From the human T2T-CHM13v2.0 reference genome, Homo sapiens: a stretch of 64,000 bases of DNA. The first letter of the stretch is position 1, and each line of letters starts with the position of its first letter. Location: the NCBI RefSeq assembly GCF_009914755.1, contig NC_060938.1; one strand, written 5' to 3'. Shown here piece after piece: positions 1 through 14,733 of this stretch. A model generated the notes under the pieces. The model saw only the letters and a program-made list of their open reading frames with translations, had not been told where the DNA came from and made no database searches. Made by a program: the position numbers and the translations under genes.

Positions 1-1618
1 CAGAGAGGGTAGCTCCTCTCTGTAGGCAGGTCATCTCAACAAGTACTCAGTTCTCAGCAGAGAGGGTAGCTCCTCTCTGGAGCTGGTCATCCCATCTTCT
101 CTGCTGTGGCTGAACCTGGGGCATTTATGGGCCTCAGAGCAGAAGTGTATGCCGACTGGTCCATGGGCAGCCACAGACAGCCCAGAAAAGGCACCACAAG
201 TACCCATTCCAGTCTGTGGGACTAGCAGCCCAGCCCTCAGCCTTCAGGCCCACCTTGGCCTGAAGGTGGGGCCTCACCAGGGACCAACCCCCTTCCACCC
301 AGGAGACTGTCTGCCTCCTGCCACCATCCATGGCGACCAGGCTGTTTGTGCCAAGGGGCACCTGCAGGCCAGTGCTGAGCTGCCCTCAGCACCCCCAGGA
401 TTCCCCTCATGCTTGTTGGTGCCCAAAGTCCAGAGAGGGCCGAGGCAGCAAGGGGCTGGTGTGTCAGCACTGCCCTAAGTGTGTACACACTGGGCCGGGC
501 TTTGACAGCACTCAGATTGGCCCAAACCCTGCACTGAGATCAGAGCAGGCACTGGGAGCAGGGAGAGGCCAGGCAGCAGGAAAAGACACCCCTGAGCCTG
601 TGGGTGCAGGGGGAACCTTCCTGGGCCCCTGAGGGTGAAGAGTGCAGAAATGCCTAGGTCTTTGCACCTGGGAGGGCAGAGCTCTCATCTGCTCCATGAA
701 GTGTGCAGCCAGCACTAGCTGTGCCTCCTCACAGCCTGGGGTGGGGGCTCCAGGTCCTCATTGGGCCGGGGCAAATATTCAGAGCAGGAGTGACATCACC
801 ACAAGCTCCCTGCTGTCGCCCTGGCGCTGAGGGGTGGCCTGGGACTCACTGTCGCTTGGCTCACAGCCCTGCCTATAGGGGGCCTCTAGGAGCAGATAGG
901 GGGCCTCCAGGAGCAGATAGTGGGCCCCAGTCCTGGCCATCACAAGTGTCAGGCTCGGAAGTCACCCAGATGCAGGGTGGACCCCGGGGATGCGGCCCCG
1001 CGGAGGCTGCTCCCAAGGTGCAAGAACCCACTGCAGTGCCCGTGGTGGGTGGGTGTGGTGGGTGCTCCGCTGGCCAGGTCCCCAAAGCAGGCGCCGCTCC
1101 CACTTCCCACCCTGGGGCCCCAACGTGCGGCCCCAGCTCTGCACCCCTGGCCCAGCCCCCATGCTCTGTGTAGAAGCGTGGCACTGCCCCAGGCCCACCC
1201 TGGCCTCACGGCCCCTCTCTGCTCGACCACACTGCTCACCTGCTGGCGCCCATCTCGGCCTCGCCCCATAGCGCAGCCCCCAGGGCAGCAGGCTCCAGTG
1301 GGGTTCCTGCTTGTCCCTGGCTCCCACTGGCTCCATGGAGCAAGGCACTGCCCGGGGCCCAGCCCTGCCTCCTCCCCACACTCTCCCTGCAGTGGCAGCA
1401 GGCAAGAGAGGCAATGCAGGGCCAGGGTCTGGAGCAACAGAGGCTCCGGACCTGGGGATGGGTCCTGCCTGGCCATGTGAGGGTGGGGGACACACAGTTG
1501 GCTGCCTCAGGGACGCAAGGCATAGGGGACCCACCACTGCCATTGCTGCTCCCGCAGCCGCTCCTGCTGTCACTGCCCACGCCTCCCCGCTGCAGCCAGT
1601 GTGATGGCACTGCCATCA
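1..1618 (-). mobile_element. MER52-family LTR (ERV1/MER4 group), 3' LTR, running off the left edge
   Basis: GC-rich LTR beginning TGATGGCAG on the minus strand at 1618, directly preceded by a polypurine tract (ttcagagggggaat). Contains motifs typical of MER52 such as ggcctgaaggtggggcctcaccaggga. Confidence 0.75.
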
Positions 1619-2920
1619 ATTCCCCCTCTGAAGAGGAACATCTAACTGCTGTTAAGATAGGGACGATGACTGCTCTTAACTGCTTCATGCTGACAGAGGG
1701 TGTTAATTTGTGGAAAACAGGAGATTTTCTCTCAGGATCCTATCTAAGGGTCAGCTTCATGCTGATTGGTGTTGTTTTGGGGAAAACAGCAGATTTCCTC
1801 TCAGGGTCCTACCTAAGGGTCCCCAGTAAAAGGGAGCCATCATCCGAGGCTCCATTTCCATGACCATTTGGAGTTTGACAGCCCACCCCTTTTATTTCTT
1901 TTGAGCTGCAGTCAGAGATCACTGGTTGGTTCACCCCTACAATTGTCAAAAGCTGCAAAAAAGAGAAAAGTTTCCTTGACTCTGAAATACAAAACAAATG
2001 AGCAGCAATGTTCCAAGCAAAAAGTCAAAAAGGATTATTTCAGTCTTCCATTAGTTCAGATCACTCAGTCAACTCCTGTTCACAATCTCCAAAGTTATCA
2101 GAAACCTGTACTCAAGGACTATAATCCATCTTTTGAAGAGGATCAAAACAAGACAACAATTGTCTGTGAATGCCAAAATATCCTAAGGTCGTTTCATTCA
2201 AAAACACAAATGACTAAGAAATTTGGTAACCTCTGTGGATTACAATAACCCAATACGATAACCCTAATTATGATTGACAGCATATACTCAGACATTTGGA
2301 TTTTTGAAGTCCCATACAATTTTGGAACATACACCAGTATTATTCACCAAAATATAACCTGAAGAAGACTAAACCCTATCTTTATCTTGACAATCCCTTT
2401 ACAAATTTTTGTTAAAGAGTAGAACAGTGCCTTTAGAAACCCTTGTGGTTTTATTCCCAAGTTCACTTTATAAAAAAAAACAAACAATACCCTTTTGAAT
2501 TTAGTATTCCCACACAGAATTTTGTTTTTAAGATTAACCTTTACAAATCTTCCACAACTTGTTTAAACATTTAGCTTTATCTTACCTAATTTAAAACAAT
2601 CATTTAACCCCCTAAACTAGGCAAAAATGTATATTCCCATGCCTTCTTATACTTTTACTAAAGACACGTTTTACATTCTTTACACACCTTGCATGTAAAT
2701 CTATCCTCAGTAGTCTCAATTACATGTTATAATGGTAACTGTTAGCAATTCTTAATTTTGATGAAAAATCTGGTAAGTTATTTTAATTATTTACTTAGAT
2801 GCTGATAAGGTCTATTTCTAACATAGCTAGGGGTGTGGCATATGTTCCCCAGCCTTACCAAACTGTAAAGCAGGCAAGTTGAAGAATTTTCAAAAGCCAA
2901 AGAAGCAGTTTATGACTTTT
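1619..2920 (-). mobile_element. MER52/MER4-group internal sequence (3' end)
   Basis: Contiguous with the PPT and LTR. AT-rich non-coding MER4-group internal sequence with a duplication of about 70 bp at 1680-1820. Confidence 0.6.
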
Positions 2921-3267
2921 GAAAAGTCCGTAAATTATGAAAAATTAAGCTTCAAAATTCGAGTGCTCTTTTTAGAAACACCAGCATGACTTATATATAA
3001 CACTTATGGGACATCCTCTTGTAAATATCTAGGAAAGTGGACTCACTTAACTTGGGATGCTGATAAGCAGCAACAGCCAAAACAGGGATCCTCTGAAATG
3101 TATAAAATAATTCATTTGCAAGCACAAGAGGGAAAAAAAAAGCTGGTTTTAGAACCGTACAAACTGAATGAGAGACCTACTTTATAATTGTCTTGGTTAA
3201 AATCTGATAATAAGAGATTTGAAAAGATTATTTTTTAGAGTTCTCTGGTCAGAAGTCAGCTTACTTA

Positions 3268-3395
3268 GGGCTGGGCATGGCAGCTCACACACCTGTAATC
3301 CTAGCACTTTGGGAGGCCAAGGAGAGAGGATCACTTCAGGCCAGGAGTTTGAGACCAGCCTGGGCAATGTATTTTTTTTTAATAAAAGAAAAAAA
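3268..3395 (+). mobile_element. Alu left monomer/FLAM
   Basis: ggctgggcatggcagctcacacacctgtaatcctagcactttgggagg... Confidence 0.8.
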
Positions 3396-3622
3396 GCTTA
3401 ATTAAAAGTAATATTTAGGCTATCTTTTGTGGGGGGGAAAGGACTTTCTGCTTTTTTCCTCTCTTGGATCCTGGTTCTTGGCTTTTTTTTTTTTTTTTCA
3501 GTCAATTGAGACCCCTTTTTAAATATGTTTGATACCTTGAGTCTTCTGTTTGTTTCCAATCTTGCTGGCATAATTTTTGCTGAGAAAAATATAAAACTTC
3601 ACTGGCCTTTTACAAAATTTAA

Positions 3623-3907
<285 letters not shown>

Positions 3908-4524
3908 AAACTTGTTCTATTTCTTTCCACTCTGCTCTTCCTTCCTTTTGTTATTTTGATACCACAGGAAGAAATCTAAAGGAGACTTCTAACGACTCAG
4001 ACCCCTCAAGGAACGCAGAAAAAACACACCATTCACTCCCTTTTTGGGGTATTCTGTCTTCTTGTGGAGTCTGAAAAGTCATGGACAGGTTCCTCTCAGG
4101 TCTAAAACTCTGCTCTCTTCCATACTGCATTACTTGTTGGCTTTTGAGAGTACCAGAGATTACTTTGTACTGTGAAAGAGACCTTTGTGTATGTTATGGC
4201 TGGTAAGTCACTGACAAGAGCTACAGTATTGGAGGTGACTAACAGCAGTTGTTTATGGTGAATGGTTATTACTATAGGCAGCTACTCATTTTATTTTATT
4301 TTTTAAACATTTAGGTAAGAAAGGTGTGGCTTAATGTCTTTGTAGTGAGGTGCGCTGTGGAGGTTTGTGTGGCCTGGTATCATGGCATTTTGCTCTTTGT
4401 GGAGACCCAAGATTCACGTAAAAGTGGTTTCCTTGATTTTTAAAGATCCAGATGCACTGCCCTGCAAATCTGCCTGGTTTTTAGACACTTAATATCAGGC
4501 CCTGAGGCAGTCCTCACTGGGACA

Positions 4525-4642
4525 ACAGGTGGTGCACCTGTAGTCCCAGGGAGGCTGAGGTGGGAGGATCACTTGGGTCCAGGAGCTCAAGACCAGCCTG
4601 GGTAACATAATGAAAGCCTGCTTTAAAAAAAAAAAAGAAAGA
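4525..4642 (+). mobile_element. Alu monomer (FLAM/FAM-like)
   Basis: cctgtagtcccagggaggctgaggtgggaggatcac...gaccagcctggg followed by an A tail. Confidence 0.7.
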
Positions 4643-5295
4643 AATTTTTAAAATATATATCTATTAGGCCCTGGAAACTGCAAATACTTTCCTGGTCCCA
4701 TTCATGAAAGGGCTCCACTTTGAAGTCAGTAATCTAATCAAGAAACGAACTAAGTATCTAACAAGATTATAGTCTCCAAAATACAACTTTCTAGCACTTA
4801 GCTGGCTACTTTGAAACTCTATGTAAAATAAATTTACTTCTATAAAGGAAATCTCCATTTGTAAGGACATGCCCCTATACCCAAGCAGCTAGAAATTTTT
4901 ACAATGGGAAAGACACTGGCTTAAAGTTTACATAACAAACCTTACCTATGTTTAAAGATACTTTTCCTGGCAATCTTATCTTGACTGATTCTTTTTGTTT
5001 CAGCAAATAATGGTATATAGATATAAGTTCTATGCCTCTAGGGGTATCAATTTTCACCTAAGAGTAATGTTTGCAATTTAGGGTTACCTAGCTAAACAAC
5101 TGTTTAGGGCAATGGAATAAGTAATCAAGGAACTGGTAGTCTAAACAGGGAGAGATTATCTGCAAACTGGCAAATGAAGAATCTTATAAAGCTATAAGAT
5201 CTGTTTCTGTCACTGTGTCTGTATGTCTCTATGTTTATGTGTCATGTGTATGTGATACTTCACTACCAAAATACATGAAAACATTCTAATGAATT

Positions 5296-5830
5296 TGTCA
5301 GAGGCGTTTAAACCAGAGCAACTCCATCTTGAATAGGAGCTAGGTAAAATAAGGTTGCTGGGCTGCATTCCCAGTAAGTTAAGGGATTCTTAGTCATGGC
5401 GTGAAAAAGAAGTTTGGCACGAGATACAGGTCATGAAAACCTTGCTGATAAAACAGGCTGCTGTAAAGAAGCTGGCCAAAAGCCACCAAGATGGTGATGA
5501 GAGTGACCTCTGGTGGTCCTCACTGCTACACTCCCACCAGCGCCAAGACAGTTTACAAATGCCATGGCAATGTCAGGAAATTACCCTATATGGTCTAAAA
5601 AGGGGAGGCATAAATAATCCACCCCTTGTTTAGCATATAATCAACAAATAGCCATAAAAATGGGCAACCAGCAGCTCTCAGGGCTGCTCTGCCTATGGAT
5701 TAGACATTCTTTTATTTGTTTACTTTCTTAATAAACTTGTTTTCACTTTATGGACTGCCTCAAATTCTTTCTTGCGTGAGATCCAAGAACCCTCTCTTCG
5801 GGTCTGGATCAGGACCCCTTTCCAGTAACA
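5296..5830 (+). mobile_element. MER41A solo LTR
   Basis: Starts TGTCAGAGGCGTTT and ends GGACCCCTTTCCAGTAACA, about 535 bp. Lacks the tandem-GAS segment found in MER41B. Confidence 0.85.
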
Positions 5831-6040
5831 AAATGGCTTTAAAGGTAAGCACTTAAATCAAGTATTTTATCAGAAATATAGAAAGTAACTCAAATGCCTT
5901 TTAGTTCACATTACAAAAATAAGACTACTTTGTTGGTTTAATGAAAATGGCTGTTTCTTCTGATCAGCAAAATATGCATGTATGTAACGTCAGGGTTTCT
6001 TTCACAAGCTGTGGAAACTATTAACAAAGAAATAACTTGA

Positions 6041-6260
6041 GGCCAGGCATGGTAGCTAACATCCATAAGGCCAGGAGCTCAAGACCAGCCTAAGCAACTG
6101 GCAAGATCCTGTCTCTACAAAAATGAAAAATTAAAAAAAAAAAATTAGCAGGGCATGGTGGTGCACTACTGTAGGCCTGGAGTGAGCCATAATAGCACCA
6201 CTCTACTCCAGCCTAGGTGACCGGGCAAGACCCTGTCTTAAAGACAAACACAAAAAAATA
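6041..6260 (+). mobile_element. Internally deleted AluJ
   Basis: ggccaggcatggtagct..., A-rich linker, and a right-arm end. Confidence 0.75.
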
Positions 6261-6801
6261 AGTAACTTGGGATGACGGCCAGCTTTGTTTAATGATCTAT
6301 ACAAGTCTAACTTTTAAAAATGAATAAATTAAATGAATATAAATGGTATAAAAGTGTATAAGCAAGTTTTTCATAATTTTAAGAATCTTTTTCAGAAACT
6401 TAAAATCATGTTATGCTAAATTAAGTAACAGATAATTATAAAATGTCTGAGTCATTTACATGGTATAGAAAAGCTAAATATATTTAGATCTGTTAACAAA
6501 CAGATTGAGAAGGTTATCTTTCTAGAAATTATGAAATGGTTCTATCTACAAATACTGGTATAAAACTGTTCAAAATTACCTTACTTCCTAGGTTCTTCAC
6601 TGGAAATTAGGGTTACTAAGAGTTAAAGTTACAGTCAATATATACAATTAAAACTACTGAACACAAGAGAAACAATTCTAAATACAGTGCATATAAAGAA
6701 AGTAAGATGTGAAGAAAGTTGACAATAGAGATCACTTTTCTTTACATGGTAACTTTGTGTGGACAAAATAAGGAGGAAAGAAATGTAAATTAAATAAGGA
6801 G

Positions 6802-7110
6802 GGCCAGGTATAGCGGTTCACGCCTGTAATTCCAGCACTTTGGGAGGCTGAAGTGGGTGGATTGCTTGAGTACAGGAGTTCAAGAACAACCTGGGCAACA
6901 TGGCAAAACCCCATCTCTACAAAAAATACAAAAAATTATCTGGGTGTGGTGGTGTGTGCCTGTAGTCCCAGCTATTCAGGAGGCTAAAGTGAGAGGATCA
7001 TCAAAGCCCAGGAGGATGAGGCTGCAGTAAGCTGTGATCACACCACTGCACTTCAAGTTGTGTGACAGGGTGAGACCCTGTCAGTCAATCAATCAATCAA
7101 ATCAATCAAT
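6802..7110 (+). mobile_element. AluJ-type with (TCAA)n tail
   Basis: Full dimer. Confidence 0.88.
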
Positions 7111-7343
7111 GATAGGAAAGAAGGAAATGTAAATTTCTGTCTTAAGGTAGAATGCCAATATCAGAAAGTCAGTATAGGACAAAACTAAAGATTTAAACAG
7201 GTTGTAGAATGTCTACGGAAAAAAATAAATGAATGAATGAATGATAATGGGGAAATAAATGTATAATAAATTTCTGTCCTAAGGTAGAATGCCAATATCA
7301 AAAAGGAAGTATAGGACAAAACTGAAGGTTTGAACAGGTTGTA

Positions 7344-7398
7344 TTAGGTTGGTGCAAAAGTAATGGCAAAAACTGCAATTACTTTTGCACCAACCTAA
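7344..7398. mobile_element. MADE1 (Hsmar1 MITE), internally deleted
   Basis: TA|TTAGGTTGGTGCAAAAGTAAT...ATTACTTTTGCACCAACCTAA|TA, with perfect TIRs and a TA TSD. Confidence 0.93.
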
Positions 7399-8081
7399 TA
7401 GAAGTTTTGTGGAACATGAATCTTATGAATTTTGTGAGTGATCAAGTTGGCTAAAATTAGAAGGGGATTATTTCACTTTTTAAAAAACTGAGCATCAAAA
7501 TCAAAATTGAGCATTAATATCAAAAGCACACTGATGCAAGGCCAGACTCAAAATAATGGGTTTTGGGGGCCACTGATCTGCTCTTTAATAGATTAAAAAA
7601 GGGTTATGGGAATCTTGTGTGTTCAAAGCTGATTGAGATTAGATGGATTTGTTTATTAAAGTTAGCTTTAGCATTAACAACATACTGATGCAAAGGTAGA
7701 ATATGGTTCTCTCTTTTAAACAATATTTTCATATACTAAGAGATAATAAAAGACTTGTTCACCTTTTGAGTAATCTACAAAAATAAAAAGAGAAAAAGAT
7801 GTGTTGGTCTTCTGCTGTCTTTATTAGGTCTTTTGATTGTTTGGGAAACCAAGTCTCCTTTCTATTCAAGAGTAAAGGTCTTTGCTTTCAATTATCACCT
7901 TGACTTAATTAATGACTATTATTTATTGTGTCTTGTGATCCTGTTTAGATTAAGTGTTTTCAACCTGCATTATTTGACATGCTTTCCAAAACTAAATTTC
8001 AAATTCTAACTTTAACCCTTTTCCAAAAGGAACCCCTGGAAGTCCAACAGATACGTATTAGGCTTATATGTTAAAATCATA

Positions 8082-8165
8082 TTGTTATAGTAGGTAGCCA
8101 GTCAGGCATAAGCAGGGCAGGAGGGGGCCTACCACCACACACACACACCAGGAACGTCAGGTTAC
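8082..8165 (+). mobile_element. MER50-like LTR 5' fragment
   Basis: tgttatagtaggtagccagtcaggcataagcagggcaggag matches the recalled MER50 start. Confidence 0.55.
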
Positions 8166-8222
8166 CTTTGCAGAATAACACACCCAACAACTACAAAATA
8201 AACTTTATATTTAAAATGCTTA

Positions 8223-8944
8223 TGAAACTGCCTTTCCAAAAATTGTAACTGAGAAAATTATGATGGTGAAAGAGATCTGACCTAACTGACTCCATCTTGC
8301 TTCTAATCTCCAATTGTCCTTGTTCATTCCTGGGTGTAGGCCAAACTAACTTTGGGAGGAACTTAGCTTACAGTTTAACTTTGAAACAAAGATAACAGCC
8401 CTTTGCTGAAATAAACCCCCTTCTTGCTTGGGGACTATACTGCCGTTGCAGGACTAACAAATTAGCCACAAGATTAGAAATTATGATTTAGGAGTCATGC
8501 AGCTGGAGGCTGCAAGATTCTGAACTTCCCCGAATTGCTCCAGGGGATAACATCGCGATTGTAAAACCTAAGATCAGTGCTTCTGATATTTTGCAGACCC
8601 TGCACTCAATGGATCAGGCAGCACCACTTAGATCTATAAACTAACTCATCTAGTCTTTGTAGTGCCCACCCAGGAAACAACACAGCACAAGAGGACAGCT
8701 TCAACTCCCCATGATTTCATCTCTGACCTGACCAATCAGTGATCCCCACTTTCCAACCCCCCACCTGACAAATTATCCTTAAAAACCCTGATCCCTGAGT
8801 TTTCAGGGAGACTGATAATAAAACTCCAGTCTCCTGTACAGCTAGCGCTGTGTGAATGAAACTCTTTCTCTATTGCAATTCCCTTGCCTTGATAAATTGG
8901 CTCAGTCTAGGCAGCGAGCAAGAAGAACCCATTGGGTGATTACA
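8223..8944 (+). mobile_element. LTR8-family LTR (LTR8/8A/8B)
   Basis: Starts TGAAACTGCCTTT, contains gagatctgacctaactgactccatcttgcttcta, and ends GGGTGATTACA; about 720 bp. Confidence 0.8.
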
Positions 8945-9051
8945 CCTGCACTTCATTGAATGTGAATCATGCCTCAAAAAAGTTGAGATGAACCTGGTGA
9001 TTACGTACAAAAATGCAAGCATTTTAAACATTTATTAATGACTCCTACTTA

Positions 9052-9439
9052 TTAGGTTGGTGCAAAAGTAATTGCAGTTTTTGCTATAAAAAATGGCAAA
9101 AACCGGCCAGGTGCGGTGGCTCACACCTGTACTCCTAGCACTTTGGGAGGCCGAGGCAGGTGGATCATGAAGTCAGAAGATCACAACCATCCTGGCTAAC
9201 ATGGTGAAACCATGTCTCTACTAAAAATACAAAAAATTAGCCAGGCATAGTGGCAGGCGCCTGTAGTCCCAGCTACTTGGGAGGCTGAGGCAGGAGAATG
9301 GCGTGATCTCCTGGGAGGCGGAGCTTGCAGTGAGCCGAGATTGTGCCACTGCACTCCAGCCTGGGCAACAGAGCGAGACTCCGTCTCAAAAAAAAAAAAA
9401 AAATGGCAAAAACCACAATTACTTCTGCACCAACTTAGT
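9052..9439. mobile_element. MADE1 interrupted by an AluS (9105-9403, plus strand)
   Basis: Left TIR TTAGGTTGGTGCAAAAGTAATTGCAG and right TIR caattacttctgcaccaactta. The Alu is flanked by the TSD aaaaatggcaaaaacc. Confidence 0.9.
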
Positions 9440-10345
9440 CAATAATAAAAGGCTAAAGTTTCTCAAAGCACCAATTTTGTGTTAATTAAGCAAAAAAAAA
9501 TTTGTTATAGTATCCTCCTTACAGTAGACTTTTTCTACTATTTCCTATGCAAATATGATAAAATGATTTTTAAATAAATTCTAAGTATATCCCCAAGATA
9601 AAATCAAAGTAAAAAAAAAAACATAGAAGATGAAGTTTAAACTCAAAATCACCATAATCTACCTTTCTAGCCATCTTTGGACATTCTCTACTTTGCATTA
9701 TACAGTAAACAAAATTTAATATTTGCTATCGCTTTTCACCCTATCATCCCCGCCCACAGCTACTGCTTATCTCCGTGACTTTGGATGTCTTCTTCCCTTT
9801 GCCTGAAAACATGAAATTACTTGTTTAATTGTCTCATTACCCTATTGCAATATTCGTTCCTAGAAGACAATGTAATTAGCTTATATTCATTTTTGTACCT
9901 CCTGTGCCAATATAGTACCTAGTACATACACAAGGCCCAACTGGTGTCAATTGACTATTATTGGAATTGAAAATTACACCTAGGTCAGGAATTTCTAACA
10001 TTTCCAGTTCTAGGGAAATCTCACAAGGTTAAAAATGTTTCTGGGAGCTTCTAACAGGTTTTTTTTTTTTTTGGAGGAGGGGGAAGGACTATTGCAGTAA
10101 TAGGGTTTTTTTATAAACTAAGGCATAAAAGGAGGGAAAAAGAGAAATAGAAGCCCCATATCCCTGAAATTACTGACACAGCTTACCCTACCCTTCCTAG
10201 ATGACTCAATTCTTGCCCCATAAAGTCTACTCCCCACATAGCAGTATCCTTAAAGCACTTCAATGAATTAAATGAGTTGTTTTGTGGTAAAGTGCTTAAG
10301 ACAGTACAGAATCGTCACTACAAATTATTTATAAAACAAAAATCG

Positions 10346-10655
<310 letters not shown>

Positions 10656-10770
10656 TCACAACTCTATAAGTAGATTCTAATAATACTCTCATATTATAGC
10701 TGAGGAAACTGGGGCAGATAGAAGTGAGGTGACTTGCACAAGGTCACACAGTTAGTGAGTGATAGAGTAA

Positions 10771-11172
<402 letters not shown>

Positions 11173-11786
11173 GAACTGCAAAATTCTTAAAAATGGGGAT
11201 CATTTCTTATTCTTTATTCTAGTGTCCATGATTCCTAATCATAGTGTAGGCACATAATAAATGCTAAATAAATTTTAAAAAATAGTTTTACTTTACTTTT
11301 CAGTCTTCTGAAACCAGCAGTTCTGACCCTATCATCTAAGTATAGTTTGGCTATTTTTCCCTCAATAAATAATTGTGTACTTATCACATGTAATCATTGA
11401 CCACTTTTCTGGCTAGTCACATGGCTTCGCAAAATGTTTCTGCAGTTGAACATCTATCAGCTTGCCTTTCTATTTCCCCAAAGTAATTCCTAGATATTTT
11501 ACTGTACAGTTTTTCTTTAGTATTGTTTTGAAAAGATCTTAATACTGATCCTTGAAGCAATCTTTAGAGAACTGTTCCATTTACCTGACTCTCTCCAAGA
11601 GGTGTTCCATCTACTCCTTCTCCTTGTTTCTGATATCTTAGCCAGTTTCCTATCCATCATAATACAATGTGTCCATCCTCATTCTCTCTTTCTCAAATTG
11701 TATTTAGTGAAGAACCATGTTTACCACTTTTTGAAAGCTGAAACAGATCATGTTACTGCTTCTCTTTATTTAAAACATCCCATTAT

Positions 11787-12400
<614 letters not shown>

Positions 12401-12504
12401 CATTCCATTATATTATTATGATATCTATCAGTTTGCTCAGTCATTTAATGAACACTTACTGACCACTGTGTGTCATGCACTAGACAAAGCATTAAAAAAA
12501 CATT

Positions 12505-12975
12505 AAAGACACATGCATGCATGTGTTCACTGCAGCACTATCCATAACAGCAAAGAGATCGAATCAACCTAAATGCCCATCAATGGTAGACTGGACAAAG
12601 AAAATGTGGTGCATATACACCATGGAATACTTTGCAGCCATGAAAAAGAACAAGATCATGTCATTCGCAGGAACGTGGATGCAGCTGGAGGCCATTATCC
12701 TTAGCAAACTAACAAAGGAAGAGAAAACCAAATACCACATGTTCTCACTTATAAGTGGGAGCTAAATAATAACACATAGACACACAGAGGAGAACAGACA
12801 CTGGGGCCTACTTAGGGTGGAGGTTGAGAGGAAAGAATCAGGAAAAATAACTAATGGGTACTAGGCTTAATACCTGGGTGACGAAAAAATCTGTAGAACA
12901 AACCCACATGACACTGTTTACCTATATAACAAACCTATACATGTACCCCTGAACCTAAAATAATAGTTAAATGAA
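12505..12975 (+). mobile_element. L1PA (older, about PA13-16) 3' end
   Basis: ORF2 C-terminus (CPSMVDWTKKMWCIYTMEYFAAMKKN) followed by the 3' UTR and an A-rich tail. Confidence 0.85.
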
Positions 12976-14408
12976 AGAAAATAAGAAATAAAATATATGT
13001 TCTTTGACTCAGAAGAGCTCAAAGTGAAGTAGAAGGAGGAGACATAAGTGAGAAAGCATATAGAAAAAAAAAGTTATTTATAATGATTCAGGGCTTGGAA
13101 TTTTAAGTCACACAGACCTGGATCGAAATCTTCACTTAAAGAGTTGTATAATGCAGAAGTCAAGGTTTCCTCATTTCTGAAATGGGGATAATAACCATTT
13201 CATCTCTTCCTTTTTACAAGGGGACAAGATACAGTGCTTAGCTTGGCAATACATGGGAATACATTACAGGCAATCTGTAAATGATGTATAATATAGACAA
13301 TAAGAGAACATCTATCCTAGGTAAAGCCTGCTTCCTGGAGGAGCTAACTGTTGAACTGAGTCCTAATCAATGGCTAGGAAGTAGAAAGAATCCAGATAGA
13401 ACTTTAGAGAAAGATTAAGTTTCCATACTAACACTAAAGACTCCATAATCTGATCTCCACCTACTCAGGTTACTACTCAGCTACCTCTTCTCTCTTGAAT
13501 CTCCTAAAGGAAACTTTCCTTCTGTCCAGGCTGGTTTACTCACTAACCTCAGAATATGCTCTGCTTATTTTCTTCTCTCTATTATTGCTTAGGCCATACT
13601 CATCCCTGACTCTGGCCCTAGCCTAAAGCCTGTCCATTCCAGAAGACCCACAAGTTCCACGTTCTTTTAATTGACCATTTTAATGGTTCTCAGCAGTGTC
13701 TGCATTCTTGAACTTTCCCAACACAGGGTCAGATTACCATGCTCCTTTCCGCACTTCCTTTGCCCTCCCACTAACTACCTCCTCATCATTTTCCTTAACT
13801 ATCTGCACCTTTGCAGTGAGATTTAATTTTTCATATGTGAACATCATATCTCTATTGGATTGTAAACTCCATGAAGGCGAGACTTTGTGTAAGCAAGAGA
13901 AAATAGGGCAAGGATATAGCATTTAGCCTCACATCTATTTGATATGTGAAGAAAGGAATAGATCAGAAAACTGCTAGCAACAGTTTCAGTTAGCATGAAA
14001 CCCAAAGCCTATGACAGGTCTACAAGGCTTAAATGATAGAACTTAATGGGGCATCTTGATTTTAGGTACTCACCTTGATATGCCCTCAGCTCTATCAAGA
14101 GCAAGCAATAAAAACTTTCCACTGTAGGTTGTATTAGTCATTTAAGATGCCTCAAATGCTTCTGGGAATAAGGCATGATATAATAAAATAAAGGTCAGGG
14201 GAAAGGTTGGCAGTCAACTTCTTAAACATGGCTACTGCAGTGGAAAGTAGTATATGGTATAGCAGAATTAACACACCTGGGTTAAAAATCCTTTGAAATT
14301 TACTGGCATTAGAAACTGGGCAAGTCCTTAACCTCCCTAAGGCAATTTCCCAATCTAATAATGTGGATTAAATATTTATTACTCAGGGTTGCTGTGAAGA
14401 TTAAATGA

Positions 14409-14733
14409 GTATGTATGTATGTATAGTATATATACAGTATATATATGTATGTATAGTATATATACAGTATATATACAGTATATATGTATGTATAGTATAT
14501 ATACAGTATATATATGTATGTATAGTATATATACAGTATATATATGTATGTATAGTATATATACAGTATATATGTATGTATAGTATATATACAGTATATA
14601 TATGTATGTATAGTATATATACAGTATATATATGTATGTATAGTATATATACAGTATATATATGTATGTATAGTATATATACAGTATATATATGTATGTA
14701 TAGTATATATACAGTATATATATGTATATATAG
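14409..14733. repeat. AT-rich 30-bp minisatellite (GTATAGTATATATACAGTATATATATGTAT), about 11 units, inside a MIR
   Basis: Directly visible. Produces the 10-aa periodic pseudo-ORFs. The left flank is MIR-like (ggttgctgtgaagattaaatgag). Confidence 0.95.

Noticed and set aside
134-1863. Many overlapping GC-rich ORFs and a CpG-island-like appearance
   Set aside because: They lie within a MER52 LTR. High GC content suppresses stop codons and the peptides have no recognisable domains.
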